Counted from the stretch's first letter, positions 1 through 9,898 are shown. The stretch: 64,000 nt of DNA from Sedimentisphaerales bacterium (GCA_963663965.2 CAXXFK010000028.1:256001-320000); one strand, 5' to 3'. Translations and numbers: made by a program. Notes: a model not told the origin generated them from the sequence alone.

Positions 1-2
1 GC

Positions 3-362
3 TGGCTGAAGCGGTTTGGTCTGACCTATTATGGCTGCTGTGAACCGCTCGATAAAAAAATGGACCTTATGCGTAAAATTCCGAATCTCCGAAAGATCTC
101 GACCAGTCCCTGGTGCGATCTGGATCGGATGATCGGTGAGATCGGCAGCGATTATGTGATCAGCCGCAAGCCCAATCCGGCGATTCTGGCTGAAACCAGC
201 TGGGATCCGGACAGGGCCCGGGCGGATATCCGGGAAGTCCTTGATCGGGCAGAGGGCAATTGCCATATTGAATTTATCATGAAAGATATCTCAACGGTAC
301 GGTATGATCCCAAACGGCTTTGGGATTGGGCCCGGATCGCGATGGAAGAAGTCACCCAATAA
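3..362 (+). CDS. Uroporphyrinogen decarboxylase/methyltransferase-like TIM-barrel protein, C-terminal part (5' truncated by window edge)
   Basis: The frame is open from the window start: WLKRFGLTYYGCCEPLDKK...RKISTSPW...SRKPNP...EFIMKDIST, typical of this URO-D-like family. Confidence 0.6.
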   Translation, partial: WLKRFGLTYYGCCEPLDKKMDLMRKIPNLRKISTSPWCDLDRMIGEIGSDYVISRKPNPAILAETSWDPDRARADIREVLDRAEGNCHIEFIMKDISTVRYDPKRLWDWARIAMEEVTQ

Positions 363-380
363 TAAACGGAGATACAGACC

Positions 381-2576
381 TTGGATTTATCAGTGCTTGC
401 CGCAGGTGAAATCAATATTGACAGGCTTGATATCATTGTCATCGTTATCTATTTCGTTGGCATTGTCGGGATCGGTCTCTGGGCCGGTAGAAAACGAAAA
501 GGCCATATTGACAGTGATGATTACTTCCGGGCCGGTGGTACGCTGACCTGGCCCATGATCGGACTGGCGTTGTTTTCGACCAATATTTCAACCATCCACA
601 TGGTGGGGTTTGCCGGGGAAGGGTATCGAACCGGTCTTACCTATGGGAATTTTGAGTGGATGGCGCCGTTTCTACTGATTGTCCTGGCGCTGTTTTTCGC
701 GCCGTTTTATCTGAAGTCCCGCATTGCCACACTGCCCGATTTTCTGGAAAAGCGCTATTGCAGCACCTGCCGGAACTGGCTGGCCGGATTGAGTATCGTT
801 TCGGCGGTATTTATTCATATCGGCTTTACGTTGTATACTGGCGCCCTGGTCATCAAGTCCCTGTTTGGTATACCGATTATGGCCAGTATTGTTTCCGCTG
901 CGGTCCTGACGGGCATTTATACCGTATTTGGCGGGCTTCTGGCGGTTGTGGTGACCGGCGCCTTGCAGACGATTATCCTGCTGGCCGGCTCCATTATTTT
1001 GACCATCATCGCCTATGTCAAGATTGGCGGATGGGATGGGCTTGCCCAGTTTGTCGAGCCGGCCAAGCTGACCATTCTGCGAGCGCCGGGTGATCCGGCC
1101 AACCTGCCGTGGTATTCCGTATTCCTGGGTTATCCGGTGATAGGCCTGTGGTACTGGTGCGCCGACCAGACGATCGTTCAGCGTGTGCTCGGCGCCAGAG
1201 ATGAAAACCATGCGCGTACCGGGCCGCTGTTTGCCGGATTCCTGAAAGTCCTGCCGGTTTTTATTTTCTTTCTCCCGGGACTCATCTACCTGGCGATGGT
1301 GAATCGTGGAGATTTTGCGCCACTGGCCAGTCCGGATGATTGTTTTTCACTGGCCATCCAGAACCTGCTTCCCGCCGGCGCCACCGGATTGATGGCCGCG
1401 GCGTTGTTGGCGGCTTTGATGAGTACAGTTTCCGGCGCGTTGAATTCCATTGCCACTCTGGTCAGTTACGATCTTTACAAACAGTGGAAACCGGCGGCTT
1501 CCGATAAAAAACTGGTTCTCGTCGGCCAGATCGCGACAGTCGTCTGTATGGTCGTGGCGATTATCTGGTCCAAGTATATTGGCCAGTTTGAAAGTGTCTA
1601 TAAAGGGTGTGTCGATTTGATCTGTTATATCGCTCCTCCCATTACGACCGTATTTCTTTTTGGCGTATTCTGGAAGCGGGCTTCCAATCAGGCGGCGATC
1701 TGGACAATGGCCATCGGATCACTGATGGGACTAGGGGTATTTGTTGTAGATTGGAACGACTATTTCAATTGGTCCATGCCGGGTTTGCTGGCAGGATTTT
1801 ATCTGTTCTGTGTCTGTTCCGCTATCATGTTTGTGATAACATTGATTTGTCCGCACTCACATACGAAAGAAAGTATCAAGCTGGTATGGGAAAATCCCAT
1901 GGCCGCCCTGAAGGACAAAGGCTGGCCGGGCCTGGCTAACTATAAGGTTCTGTCATTGGTCCTGTTCGTGACGATGGTCATCTGCTATATCAGTATTCTA
2001 CGCGCCAGGCCGTTACCGGCGGTTGAGACGAATGCGACACAGCCCGGATTGCAGTGTACGGTCTATGACAGTGATGCCCGGAATCTGTACGGCCTGATCT
2101 TTAATTCCGAAAAGTCGACGAAAATGGTCAAAACGGAAGTAGTCCAGACTCCGGTCAGTTTGCAGGGTCTGGGTGATCACTGTATCGTGGAATACAAAGG
2201 GTACTGGAATGTGCCTGAGGATGGATTTTATCAATTAAAAGTCACTTCAGCTCAGAAAATGGATATCCGGCTGAATCAGGTGACATTGTCCCTGTTTGAT
2301 ACGACTGCCGGGCCGGACCAGGACAAACCGTGGGTGCGTACCTACACCGGGCAGGTTCACCTCGGCAAGGGCAAACATGTTTTTGCTGTCTATCATTATG
2401 CCTCTGTGCCCTGGACCGCATTTAAACTTAAAGATGCCCTGGGGCATGACAATGAAGATGAACTCATTCGTTATGAGCAATGGCGGAAAGAGCCTGAAAC
2501 ATTCAAGCTGGAATATATCCGGCCGGGCCGGAACGAGACAATGGCGTTTACAAGTGACGTATTGTCGTACGATTGA
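381..2576 (+). CDS. Sodium:solute symporter (SSS family) with C-terminal PA14-like extracytoplasmic domain
   Basis: SSS motifs DYFRAG, ALFSTNIS, WYWCADQTIVQR and AALMSTVSGALNS, with many TM helices. The soluble tail has YKGYWNVPEDGFYQL and VHLGKGKH, resembling PA14. Confidence 0.9.
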   Translation: MDLSVLAAGEINIDRLDIIVIVIYFVGIVGIGLWAGRKRKGHIDSDDYFRAGGTLTWPMIGLALFSTNISTIHMVGFAGEGYRTGLTYGNFEWMAPFLLIVLALFFAPFYLKSRIATLPDFLEKRYCSTCRNWLAGLSIVSAVFIHIGFTLYTGALVIKSLFGIPIMASIVSAAVLTGIYTVFGGLLAVVVTGALQTIILLAGSIILTIIAYVKIGGWDGLAQFVEPAKLTILRAPGDPANLPWYSVFLGYPVIGLWYWCADQTIVQRVLGARDENHARTGPLFAGFLKVLPVFIFFLPGLIYLAMVNRGDFAPLASPDDCFSLAIQNLLPAGATGLMAAALLAALMSTVSGALNSIATLVSYDLYKQWKPAASDKKLVLVGQIATVVCMVVAIIWSKYIGQFESVYKGCVDLICYIAPPITTVFLFGVFWKRASNQAAIWTMAIGSLMGLGVFVVDWNDYFNWSMPGLLAGFYLFCVCSAIMFVITLICPHSHTKESIKLVWENPMAALKDKGWPGLANYKVLSLVLFVTMVICYISILRARPLPAVETNATQPGLQCTVYDSDARNLYGLIFNSEKSTKMVKTEVVQTPVSLQGLGDHCIVEYKGYWNVPEDGFYQLKVTSAQKMDIRLNQVTLSLFDTTAGPDQDKPWVRTYTGQVHLGKGKHVFAVYHYASVPWTAFKLKDALGHDNEDELIRYEQWRKEPETFKLEYIRPGRNETMAFTSDVLSYD

Positions 2577-2609
2577 TGGCAAGTGATATTGAACATTCAA
2601 GGAGTTGGC

Positions 2610-3017
2610 ATGTTTAAAAAGGTGATGGCTGCTTTAATATTGGGAATGATTCTCGCCAGTCATGGTTGTACGCGAAACGTCCGGCGGTATGGAAGTGTCA
2701 TTGGTATCAAAGAAGAAGCCCTGCCCAGGTACCAGAAACTGCACGCCAATCCCTGGCCGGAAGTCAAGGCCAGGCTGAAAGAGGCCAATATCCGGAATTA
2801 TTCAATATATCTGACACAATTTCCAGATGGCCGGTATTACCTGTTCAGCTACTTTGAATATGCCGGAGATGACTTTAAGGCTGATATGGAAAGAATGGGT
2901 CATGATCCGAAGGTCAAAGAATGGTGGCAGGAAACAGATCCCTGCCAGCTGCCGCTGGCCAATCGCGCTGAGAATGAATGGTGGAAAGGTATGGAAGAGG
3001 TGTTCCACCTGGATTAG
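2610..3017 (+). CDS. rhaM: L-rhamnose mutarotase family protein with N-terminal signal/lipoprotein peptide
   Basis: Motifs YQKLHANPWPEV, NIRNYSIY, LFSYFEY and MEEVFHLD. ATG at 2610 follows a GGAG RBS. Confidence 0.8.
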   Translation: MFKKVMAALILGMILASHGCTRNVRRYGSVIGIKEEALPRYQKLHANPWPEVKARLKEANIRNYSIYLTQFPDGRYYLFSYFEYAGDDFKADMERMGHDPKVKEWWQETDPCQLPLANRAENEWWKGMEEVFHLD

Positions 3018-3031
3018 TCTCTTCCGAGTGA

Positions 3032-3269
3032 AATCTTGCGCAAGGTGGCAAAGAAATTTCGGCAGCAAGGTGGATGCCACTGTGACACTGTTTGGCTCCG
3101 GCACTGCCGGATCAGGCATCACGATGGATAAAATTGAAACTGGCGTGAAATCATGATGACGTCAACGCATGTGGACTTTTTTTGAAAATAACCTGATTGC
3201 CAGTCATGACGCCGCTGAGATGATTGTCAGGGGCCACTGTTGTTGCGAAAGAGCATCTGATGCGAGATT
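3032..3269. repeat. Degenerate long nested palindrome (MITE-like)
   Basis: Nested complementary segments AATCTTGCG/TGCGAGATT and TTTCGGCAGCAAGGTGG/CCACTGTTGTTGCGAAA. Contains GCAAGG and GACGCCGC motifs like the other palindromic elements. Confidence 0.4.
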
Positions 3270-3441
3270 GTCCCCGTGAAATCAATTGTCAATATATTCG
3301 TGTTTGAGCATAAATCTGTGACATATATAAGTTAGCAAAAGGTATCCAGGAAGCAGGAAAATGAGCGGCCTGTTCCTGAAATCCGTCGAATCCAAAGGTT
3401 GGATTCGAGAAACACAACCGGGCAGGCTCTATAAAGGAAAA

Positions 3442-4902
3442 ATGAAGATGACTACTGTTCTCTGTCGAGTAGGTGTTCAGGCTGGACTGTTGCTGGCCTG
3501 TTTGTGTAGCCTGGCATGTCATGTGACCGCCTCCTCCTGGCCTTATGAGGATGAAACCAAAGAGCAGCGGGACGCACGCATGGCCTGGTGGCGGGAGGCC
3601 CGTTTTGGTATGTTTATCAATATAGGTCTTTATTCCGTTCCCGCCGGTACTTATCAAGGTCATCAGGTTGGCAGTCTGGGCGAATGGATTATGAATTTCG
3701 GCAAAATCCCCGTCGCTGAATATAAACAGTATGCCAAAGAATTCAATCCCGTGAAGTATGATCCGGACGAATGGATCCGGCTGGCGAAAGAAGCCGGTAT
3801 GAAATACATCGTTTTTGATGTCAAACACCATGACGGTTTTGCTCTGTTCGATTCCAAAGCCTCCGACTGGGATGTCGTTGATGCGACCCCTTATGGCAAA
3901 GACATGCTCAAGCCTATGGCTGAGGCCTGTCGCAAATATGGTATCAAGTTGGGCCTGTATTATTCGCAGGCCCAGGACTGGTGTCATCCTGGTGGTTCCG
4001 CCTGGCGCCGGCCGGCCAAAAGTGGTTGGGATAATCCGGATGCGGAAAAAATCGATGCCTACACAGCCGAACACGGCGGCCACTGGGATCCGGCCCAGCT
4101 AGGCGACATGGATGAATACATCAAAACTATCGCGGCGCCCCAGATCAGGGAAATCCTGACGAATTACGGTTCTGTCGCTATTCTCTGGTGGGATACCCCG
4201 ATCGATATGACCACCGAACGGGCCGATATGCTGCAGCCGCTGATCAACCTGCAGCCGGGGATTATTACCAATAACCGCCTGGGCGGCGGCTATCGTGGCG
4301 ATACCGAAACGCCCGAACAGCACATCCCCGCTACCGGCTATGTTGACCGGGACTGGGAAACCTGTATGACCATGAACGGTACCTGGGGATACAAGAGTTT
4401 CGACCATAACTGGAAATCGACCGAAAAGCTGCTAACCAACCTGGTCGATATCGCCAGCAAAGGCGGCAATTACCTGCTCAATATCGGTCCGACCGCCGAA
4501 GGAGTCATTCCCCAGCCCAGCATCGACCGGCTCCGGGAGATCGGTCAATGGATGGCGGTCAACAGTGAATCGATTTATGGCACCAGCGCCAGCCCGTTTG
4601 AAAAATTGACCTGGGGTCGCTGTACCAAAAAAGCCTACATCAACGGGGCGAATCTCTATTTGCACGTATTTGAGCGGCCGGATGAAGGCAAACTTTTTTT
4701 GCCCGGCTTGAAAAATGACATTATTCAGGCCTATCTTCTGGCTACCGGTCAGAATCTGGATACGATTTCGGATCCACAGGGTGTAACCGTAACCTTACCA
4801 CAGGAACTTCCCGATCCGATCGATAGCGTGGTTGTTCTCAAGGTTGCCGGCCCACTTAATGTGGAAAAAGCCCAGCGGGAAGAGGAAAATCAAAGCAAAT
4901 GA
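3442..4902 (+). CDS. Secreted GH29 alpha-L-fucosidase family glycosidase
   Basis: Motifs WWREARFGMF, KHHDGF, LWWD (nucleophile), WETCMTMNGTWGY and GGNYLLNIGP. Signal peptide after ATG 3442 with an AAGGA RBS. Confidence 0.9.
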   Translation: MKMTTVLCRVGVQAGLLLACLCSLACHVTASSWPYEDETKEQRDARMAWWREARFGMFINIGLYSVPAGTYQGHQVGSLGEWIMNFGKIPVAEYKQYAKEFNPVKYDPDEWIRLAKEAGMKYIVFDVKHHDGFALFDSKASDWDVVDATPYGKDMLKPMAEACRKYGIKLGLYYSQAQDWCHPGGSAWRRPAKSGWDNPDAEKIDAYTAEHGGHWDPAQLGDMDEYIKTIAAPQIREILTNYGSVAILWWDTPIDMTTERADMLQPLINLQPGIITNNRLGGGYRGDTETPEQHIPATGYVDRDWETCMTMNGTWGYKSFDHNWKSTEKLLTNLVDIASKGGNYLLNIGPTAEGVIPQPSIDRLREIGQWMAVNSESIYGTSASPFEKLTWGRCTKKAYINGANLYLHVFERPDEGKLFLPGLKNDIIQAYLLATGQNLDTISDPQGVTVTLPQELPDPIDSVVVLKVAGPLNVEKAQREEENQSK

Positions 4903-5087
4903 TATAAGATTCGTACTGATAGCGTATAATAAAATAAAAAACGGTTGGACCTGGTGAGTATGAAGCTCTTTACATTTCTGTAGAGAGCTTCATTTGAATT
5001 TTTATCGGGCGGATTATTCTCGTAGCTCCTTCATTAATTCAAGGCATCTCGTCGCTGCAATTTTTTCGTTGGAATAAAGAAGCCGGC

Positions 5088-5116
5088 TTGACAATCGGTT
5101 AAGAATCGAATAGAAA
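5088..5116 (+). promoter_or_regulatory. Putative sigma70 promoter (possibly leaderless transcript)
   Basis: TTGACA-17 nt-TAGAAA, ending 7 nt before ATG 5124, with no clear RBS. Confidence 0.45.
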
Positions 5117-5123
5117 GTTTAAT

Positions 5124-5963
5124 ATGAACCATAAACTTTTTGCAATAAATATTAATCGGATGCTTCTGATAGTCTGTCTGGCACTCGCGGCCTTGTTGAT
5201 GTCCTGCCATTCCTGCCCTCAGGTTTCAAGCAAGTTGGAATCTTTTACATTTGTTCAAATCTGTGATACCCAACTTGGTTTTTCTGATTATCAAAAGGAC
5301 TTGGCATCTTTTCGCCGGGCGGTAGCCCGGATTAATGAACTGAATCCGGATTTTGTGGTGATCTGCGGTGATCTGGTGAATACCGCCGATGATCGGTCGT
5401 TTTCGGATTTTAAAGAGATCAAAGAGTCTTTCAAAATGCCCTGCTATTGTGTGCCCGGCAATCACGATATCGGCAACCAGCCTGCGGCTGAATCGTTACA
5501 CTATTACCGTCGGATGATCGGGAAAGATTATTATGAAGTGGAACATAAAGGAGCGACGTTTCTATTTGTCAATACCCAATTATGGAAAGAAAATCTGCCG
5601 AACGAATCAGAGCAACAGGATGTCTGGCTGAAGGAGCGACTGCAAAAGGCGGCCGGAAAAGGGCGGCCGGTGTTTATGGTCGGGCATTACCCGCTATTCT
5701 GCCGGCAAGCCGATGAGGCGGATGAATACATGAATTTACCCATGGAAAAACGCCGGGAACTGCTGACACTTTATGAGCAATTTCATGTGGTCGCGGTCCT
5801 GCATGGCCACACCCACAAGCTGACTTTGAACCAGTATAAGAATATTCAGATGGTGGGGGCTGAAACCACCAGTCGGAACTTTGATGAGAATCCCCTGGGA
5901 TTTCGATTGTGGCAGGTAGACAAAAAGTTACCGCCCAGGCATGAATTTGTGCCTCTGGACTGA
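5124..5963 (+). CDS. Calcineurin-like metallophosphoesterase (probable lipoprotein)
   Basis: Motifs DTQ, GDLV, PGNHD, GHYP and HGHTH. Confidence 0.85.
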   Translation: MNHKLFAININRMLLIVCLALAALLMSCHSCPQVSSKLESFTFVQICDTQLGFSDYQKDLASFRRAVARINELNPDFVVICGDLVNTADDRSFSDFKEIKESFKMPCYCVPGNHDIGNQPAAESLHYYRRMIGKDYYEVEHKGATFLFVNTQLWKENLPNESEQQDVWLKERLQKAAGKGRPVFMVGHYPLFCRQADEADEYMNLPMEKRRELLTLYEQFHVVAVLHGHTHKLTLNQYKNIQMVGAETTSRNFDENPLGFRLWQVDKKLPPRHEFVPLD

Positions 5964-6143
5964 AGAACGCTCTCCTGTTTATCAGGGTTATTATTTCTGA
6001 TCTCTATCAACCAGAAAACAATTTCATATTGTTTTCCTGGTAATTCCCCGTTAGAATTGGGGTGGCATACCGATGGATATGATATAAGCTATTGATATTG
6101 AATGATTAAGGGGTGGGGGAATGTGTTGCATGGAATGGTGACA

Positions 6144-6326
6144 AAGAGCCCCTGACAAAATGAGTTTTCTACTACGACCGGCTGCAAAAGTGGTCCGCGG
6201 CGTTCTCGGGACCAAACATCCTCGACAACCCATAGCAGGGTTGCCTGCGGGTGTTTGACCCCTGCGGCCTTGCTGACAACTTTTTCGCCCGGTCTCGCTA
6301 CAAAAATCATTTTGTCAGGCACTCTA
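6144..6326. mobile_element. ~183-bp palindromic MITE-like element
   Basis: Terminal inverted repeats AGAGcccCTGACAAAATGAgTTTT / AAAAaTCATTTTGTCAGgcaCTCT with nested inner arms. Central core is ATCCTCGACA-hairpin-TGCCTGCGG. Confidence 0.75.
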
Positions 6327-6349
6327 AAGCATTTTACAGGAGATATTCA

Positions 6350-7735
6350 ATGGAATTTTTTCCACGCGTCTCGAAGTTGTCGGTACTGTTAATATGGGTT
6401 GCGGTTTCTTTCAGTTATGATAAACAGGTTTCTGCGGCAGAAGAACCAACTCTGAAAGCGCCGGCCATCGTAAAAGATCTGTATCTGCCGGCCAATGTGG
6501 ATCGGGTACCGGAAGGAAATGACTTTGACGACAATGACAGCGAGTACAGTTTTAAACGGATGGTTCAGGGCGATAATCTGGCGCTGTTCTGGAGCCGGGA
6601 ATATGGCGATGATCCGATGGCCAATCCGGAGATAAAAAAGCGTTTTAATCCCCAGGAATCGCTTCGGGAATGCGAACGGTTTTATGACTATTATGTCAAT
6701 GACCTGAAAATGGTGCTCAAAGGGCAATCGCTGGCCGACCGATACAAGATGCTGGTCATTGTGTTTGGCGGCAATGAAGGAACGGCCTACGGCGGCGGCG
6801 CCGAAGAGAAGATCGGAGTGTTATGGACCCCTGCCGTCCGGATCAATCGAAAACCCTATGGCGCGCTGGCGCATGAGATGGCCCATAGTTTCCAGTATAT
6901 TTCCCGCATCGACAGCGGGCGGGGACCTCACGGCCCGATTGCGGAAATGTCCGCCCAATACCTGCTCTGGCAGGTCTATCCGGAATGGATGACCTTTGAA
7001 AACTATCACCTGGTCGATTTCATGAAACAGACCCATTACGCGTTTCTGCATCCGATCAATATGTATCATTCTCCCTATGTGCTGGAATACTGGTCGAACA
7101 AGCATGGCAAAGAGTTTTATGGCAAATTGGGCCGGGAGACCCTGCCGGGTGAAGATCCGGTGATGACCTATCAGCGTTTGAACAAGTTGCCCCAGGAGCA
7201 GTTCAATGATGAAATGTTCGATGCCTGCCGCCGGTTCATTACCTGGGATATGAAACGGGTTGAGAAGGTGGCAAGGCGCTATGCCAACCAGCATCAGTGC
7301 ACGTTGGAAGCGATCGAAGGGGGCTGGTACCGGATTCCGCCGGATAAATGTCCCCAGAATTACGGGTACAATGGAATCAAACTCAAGGTTCCTGCCGCGG
7401 GTACCGAGGTGGTTTTAAACTTTAAAGGGATCGCCGGCACGGAAGGCTACAGCCAGACGAAGCTTGACAAAGCGGGCTGGCGCTATGGATTACTGGCCTC
7501 GCTGCAAGATGGTAAACGGATATATGGAGAGATGGGCAAGGATCCGGAAGGCACATTGACCTTTATAGTGCCGGATAATACCGACCATCTCTGGCTGGTC
7601 GTTATGGGTGCGCCCTCCGAACACTGGCCGATCGCCATGCGACGGCGTGCCAGGACCGAGGCCAGTCCGGAGGAACAATGGCCCTATCAGATACAATTAA
7701 TCGGAACCAGTCTGGATGATTCAGTAATCAAATGA
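6350..7735 (+). CDS. Secreted HExxH-containing protein (DUF6055-like putative metallopeptidase)
   Basis: Signal peptide and AHEMAHSFQ with a downstream E in AEMSAQY. ATG 6350 has an AGGAG RBS; the longer upstream ORF start lies inside the MITE. Confidence 0.65.
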   Translation: MEFFPRVSKLSVLLIWVAVSFSYDKQVSAAEEPTLKAPAIVKDLYLPANVDRVPEGNDFDDNDSEYSFKRMVQGDNLALFWSREYGDDPMANPEIKKRFNPQESLRECERFYDYYVNDLKMVLKGQSLADRYKMLVIVFGGNEGTAYGGGAEEKIGVLWTPAVRINRKPYGALAHEMAHSFQYISRIDSGRGPHGPIAEMSAQYLLWQVYPEWMTFENYHLVDFMKQTHYAFLHPINMYHSPYVLEYWSNKHGKEFYGKLGRETLPGEDPVMTYQRLNKLPQEQFNDEMFDACRRFITWDMKRVEKVARRYANQHQCTLEAIEGGWYRIPPDKCPQNYGYNGIKLKVPAAGTEVVLNFKGIAGTEGYSQTKLDKAGWRYGLLASLQDGKRIYGEMGKDPEGTLTFIVPDNTDHLWLVVMGAPSEHWPIAMRRRARTEASPEEQWPYQIQLIGTSLDDSVIK

Positions 7736-7831
7736 ACCGTAGGCGATGCGGTGTTTAGTGAAGCAGGAAAGTAGAATGTCTCTTTTCTTCCCAACACAAT
7801 CAATTCGATCAATTGAAAGATTCGATTTATT

Positions 7832-8170
7832 ATGAAAAGATTGACATTTCTTAGAAATGGTATAGTAGCCAAAGATGAATTGCATTATTGTATAAGAATA
7901 AACTTAAAAGGACAAGTTTATGGCGATATTACTCATGTGCCAGGCTTTTCGGGCGGGAGAATTATCGATACTTATCCCCAATTGAATGAAGATGTTGTCG
8001 GAAAGATTTTTGATGTGCCGTCAAGTCTTAAAAGAAAAAGAACAGATGAAGATTTTTCGATTGACACAAAAAAAGATTTGATTGTCATATGCTTTGATGC
8101 AGATACGCAAAAAGAACTGTATTGTTTTACAACCAAGGACATAAGCGATAATCCGGAAGGATATATATAA
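7832..8170 (+). CDS. Hypothetical protein (AT-rich orphan)
   Basis: 112-aa ORF in an AT-rich patch with no recognisable motif. Confidence 0.4.
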   Translation: MKRLTFLRNGIVAKDELHYCIRINLKGQVYGDITHVPGFSGGRIIDTYPQLNEDVVGKIFDVPSSLKRKRTDEDFSIDTKKDLIVICFDADTQKELYCFTTKDISDNPEGYI

Positions 8171-8256
8171 AATATATTAATAGTCTGTTGTCTGACGTTG
8201 TAGCATTTTACTATGCAGAATAATATGTCTTTTTCCAATAAGGAGTAACTTATCAG

Positions 8257-9594
8257 ATGGGTAATACAATCAGAGCAATGCTGTGTATGTCATTTGTGGT
8301 TTTAACGATTTCACCATTGCCGGCTCAGTTTTCTCAACAGGACCGGGAGCGAATTAACCGTTTGACCGGTGAAGATCACAAGCTGATGATGAAAACGCTG
8401 GGTATCACATCCATCCGGCGGGGCCCATCGGGAAATCCTAATGCACCGGATGCGGCTATTGCTGATGAAGCTAAAGTGCAGCCCTATTTCCTGCCCGATC
8501 CGCTGGTGTTTAACGATGGCTCGAGAGTCACCCGTCTGGATCAATGGCCGGCGCGACGCGCTGAGATTGCCGAATGCTTTGACCGTGAAATCTACGGCCG
8601 GTTGCCGGAGACTATCCCGGTAGTAAACTGGAAAGTCGTCAGTGTGGAAGAGACCACCGATGGCGAGTTTCCGGTTAAAATCAAGCAACTGGAGGGCGTC
8701 GTCGATAATTCCTCCCGGCCTGAAATCGAGGTCGTCATTCGATTGACGCTCGGTACGCCTGCCAATACCGAAAAGGCAGTCCCGGTAATCATGGAATTCG
8801 GTTTTGATTTTGGCGGGCGGTTTAACAGGCCCCAACAGGGCGGTAATACGCTGACCTGGAAACAACAGCTGCTGAAAGAAGGGTGGGGCTATGCCATTTT
8901 GAATCCAGTAAGTTTTCAGGCTGACAATGGCGCCGGCTTAAGAGCGGGGATCATAGGCCTGGCAAATAAGGGTGAGCCCCGCAAGCCGGATGACTGGGGT
9001 TGTTTGCGCGCCTGGGGTTGGGGAGCCAATCAGGCGATCGATTATTTCGAGACGGATCAGGATGTGGATGCCCGGCGGATAGGGATTGAGGGCCTTTCGC
9101 GTTATGGCAAAGCCGCCATTGTCGCGATGGCTTATGAGCCGAGAATTGCCATTGGTTTTATCGGGTCATCTGGTGCGGGCGGGGCCAAGCTACTGCACCG
9201 GGTTTTCGGTGAGCAGGTGGAAAATCTGGCCGGTTCGGGCGAATATCACTGGTTCGCCGGGAATTTTATCCGATATGCCGGCCCGTTAACGCAGGAAGAC
9301 CTGCCGGTGGATGCCCATCATCTGGTCGCCCTCTGCGCGCCGCGGCCGGTTTTCATCAGCAGCGGATCCGCTTCGGTAGAGGGCCAGTGGGTTGACGCCA
9401 AAGGCATGTTTCTGGGCGGCGCGATGGCCGGGCCGGTTTATGAACTGATGGGTAAAAAAAGTATGCGAACCATGCTGTTTCCGCCTCAGGAGACCCTGAT
9501 TGATGGCGATATTGCCTTCCGGCAGCATGAAGGCGGCCATACCACCGGCCCCAATTGGCCCTTTTTCATCGAATTTGCCAAACGCTATTTCTAA
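8257..9594 (+). CDS. CE15-type glucuronoyl/acetylxylan esterase-like alpha/beta hydrolase, secreted
   Basis: LPDPL, RAWGWGA, nucleophile motif GLSRYGKA, LPVDAHHLVALCAPRP and HEGGH. AAGGAG RBS. Confidence 0.85.
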   Translation: MGNTIRAMLCMSFVVLTISPLPAQFSQQDRERINRLTGEDHKLMMKTLGITSIRRGPSGNPNAPDAAIADEAKVQPYFLPDPLVFNDGSRVTRLDQWPARRAEIAECFDREIYGRLPETIPVVNWKVVSVEETTDGEFPVKIKQLEGVVDNSSRPEIEVVIRLTLGTPANTEKAVPVIMEFGFDFGGRFNRPQQGGNTLTWKQQLLKEGWGYAILNPVSFQADNGAGLRAGIIGLANKGEPRKPDDWGCLRAWGWGANQAIDYFETDQDVDARRIGIEGLSRYGKAAIVAMAYEPRIAIGFIGSSGAGGAKLLHRVFGEQVENLAGSGEYHWFAGNFIRYAGPLTQEDLPVDAHHLVALCAPRPVFISSGSASVEGQWVDAKGMFLGGAMAGPVYELMGKKSMRTMLFPPQETLIDGDIAFRQHEGGHTTGPNWPFFIEFAKRYF

Positions 9595-9833
9595 AGCGGC
9601 TGATATCATCTTCAGGTAGAATCCGTATAAACCATTGTTAATACTGAGATTATATGAAAAGCCAGCCATCAGCTTCCAGGGTTGGTCGATTCATTTAATC
9701 CAGTGAGGCATTGTCACGGATAAAGGGGTGTTGTTCGTAACTTGTGTTTTTAATTTCGGTTATGGAAAATCCGGGGATCGTAGCGGATGGAAAATCGCTT
9801 ATCCCGGCTCATTTAATATTTTATCAGATTTAG

Positions 9834-9861
9834 CGCAACGTTTTTGTAAAATTCACGTTGA
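9834..9861 (+). promoter_or_regulatory. Putative ECF-type autoregulatory promoter
   Basis: CGCAAC-16 nt-CGTTGA directly upstream of the ECF sigma gene, matching the generic AAC/CGT ECF pattern. Confidence 0.4.
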
Positions 9862-9898
9862 TATGGTTGATGACAGTCATAATCAGGACAAAGCTGAA

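Noticed and set aside
6251..6349. N-terminal extension of the DUF6055-like ORF
   Set aside because: It lies in the MITE; the RBS and signal peptide indicate a start at 6350.
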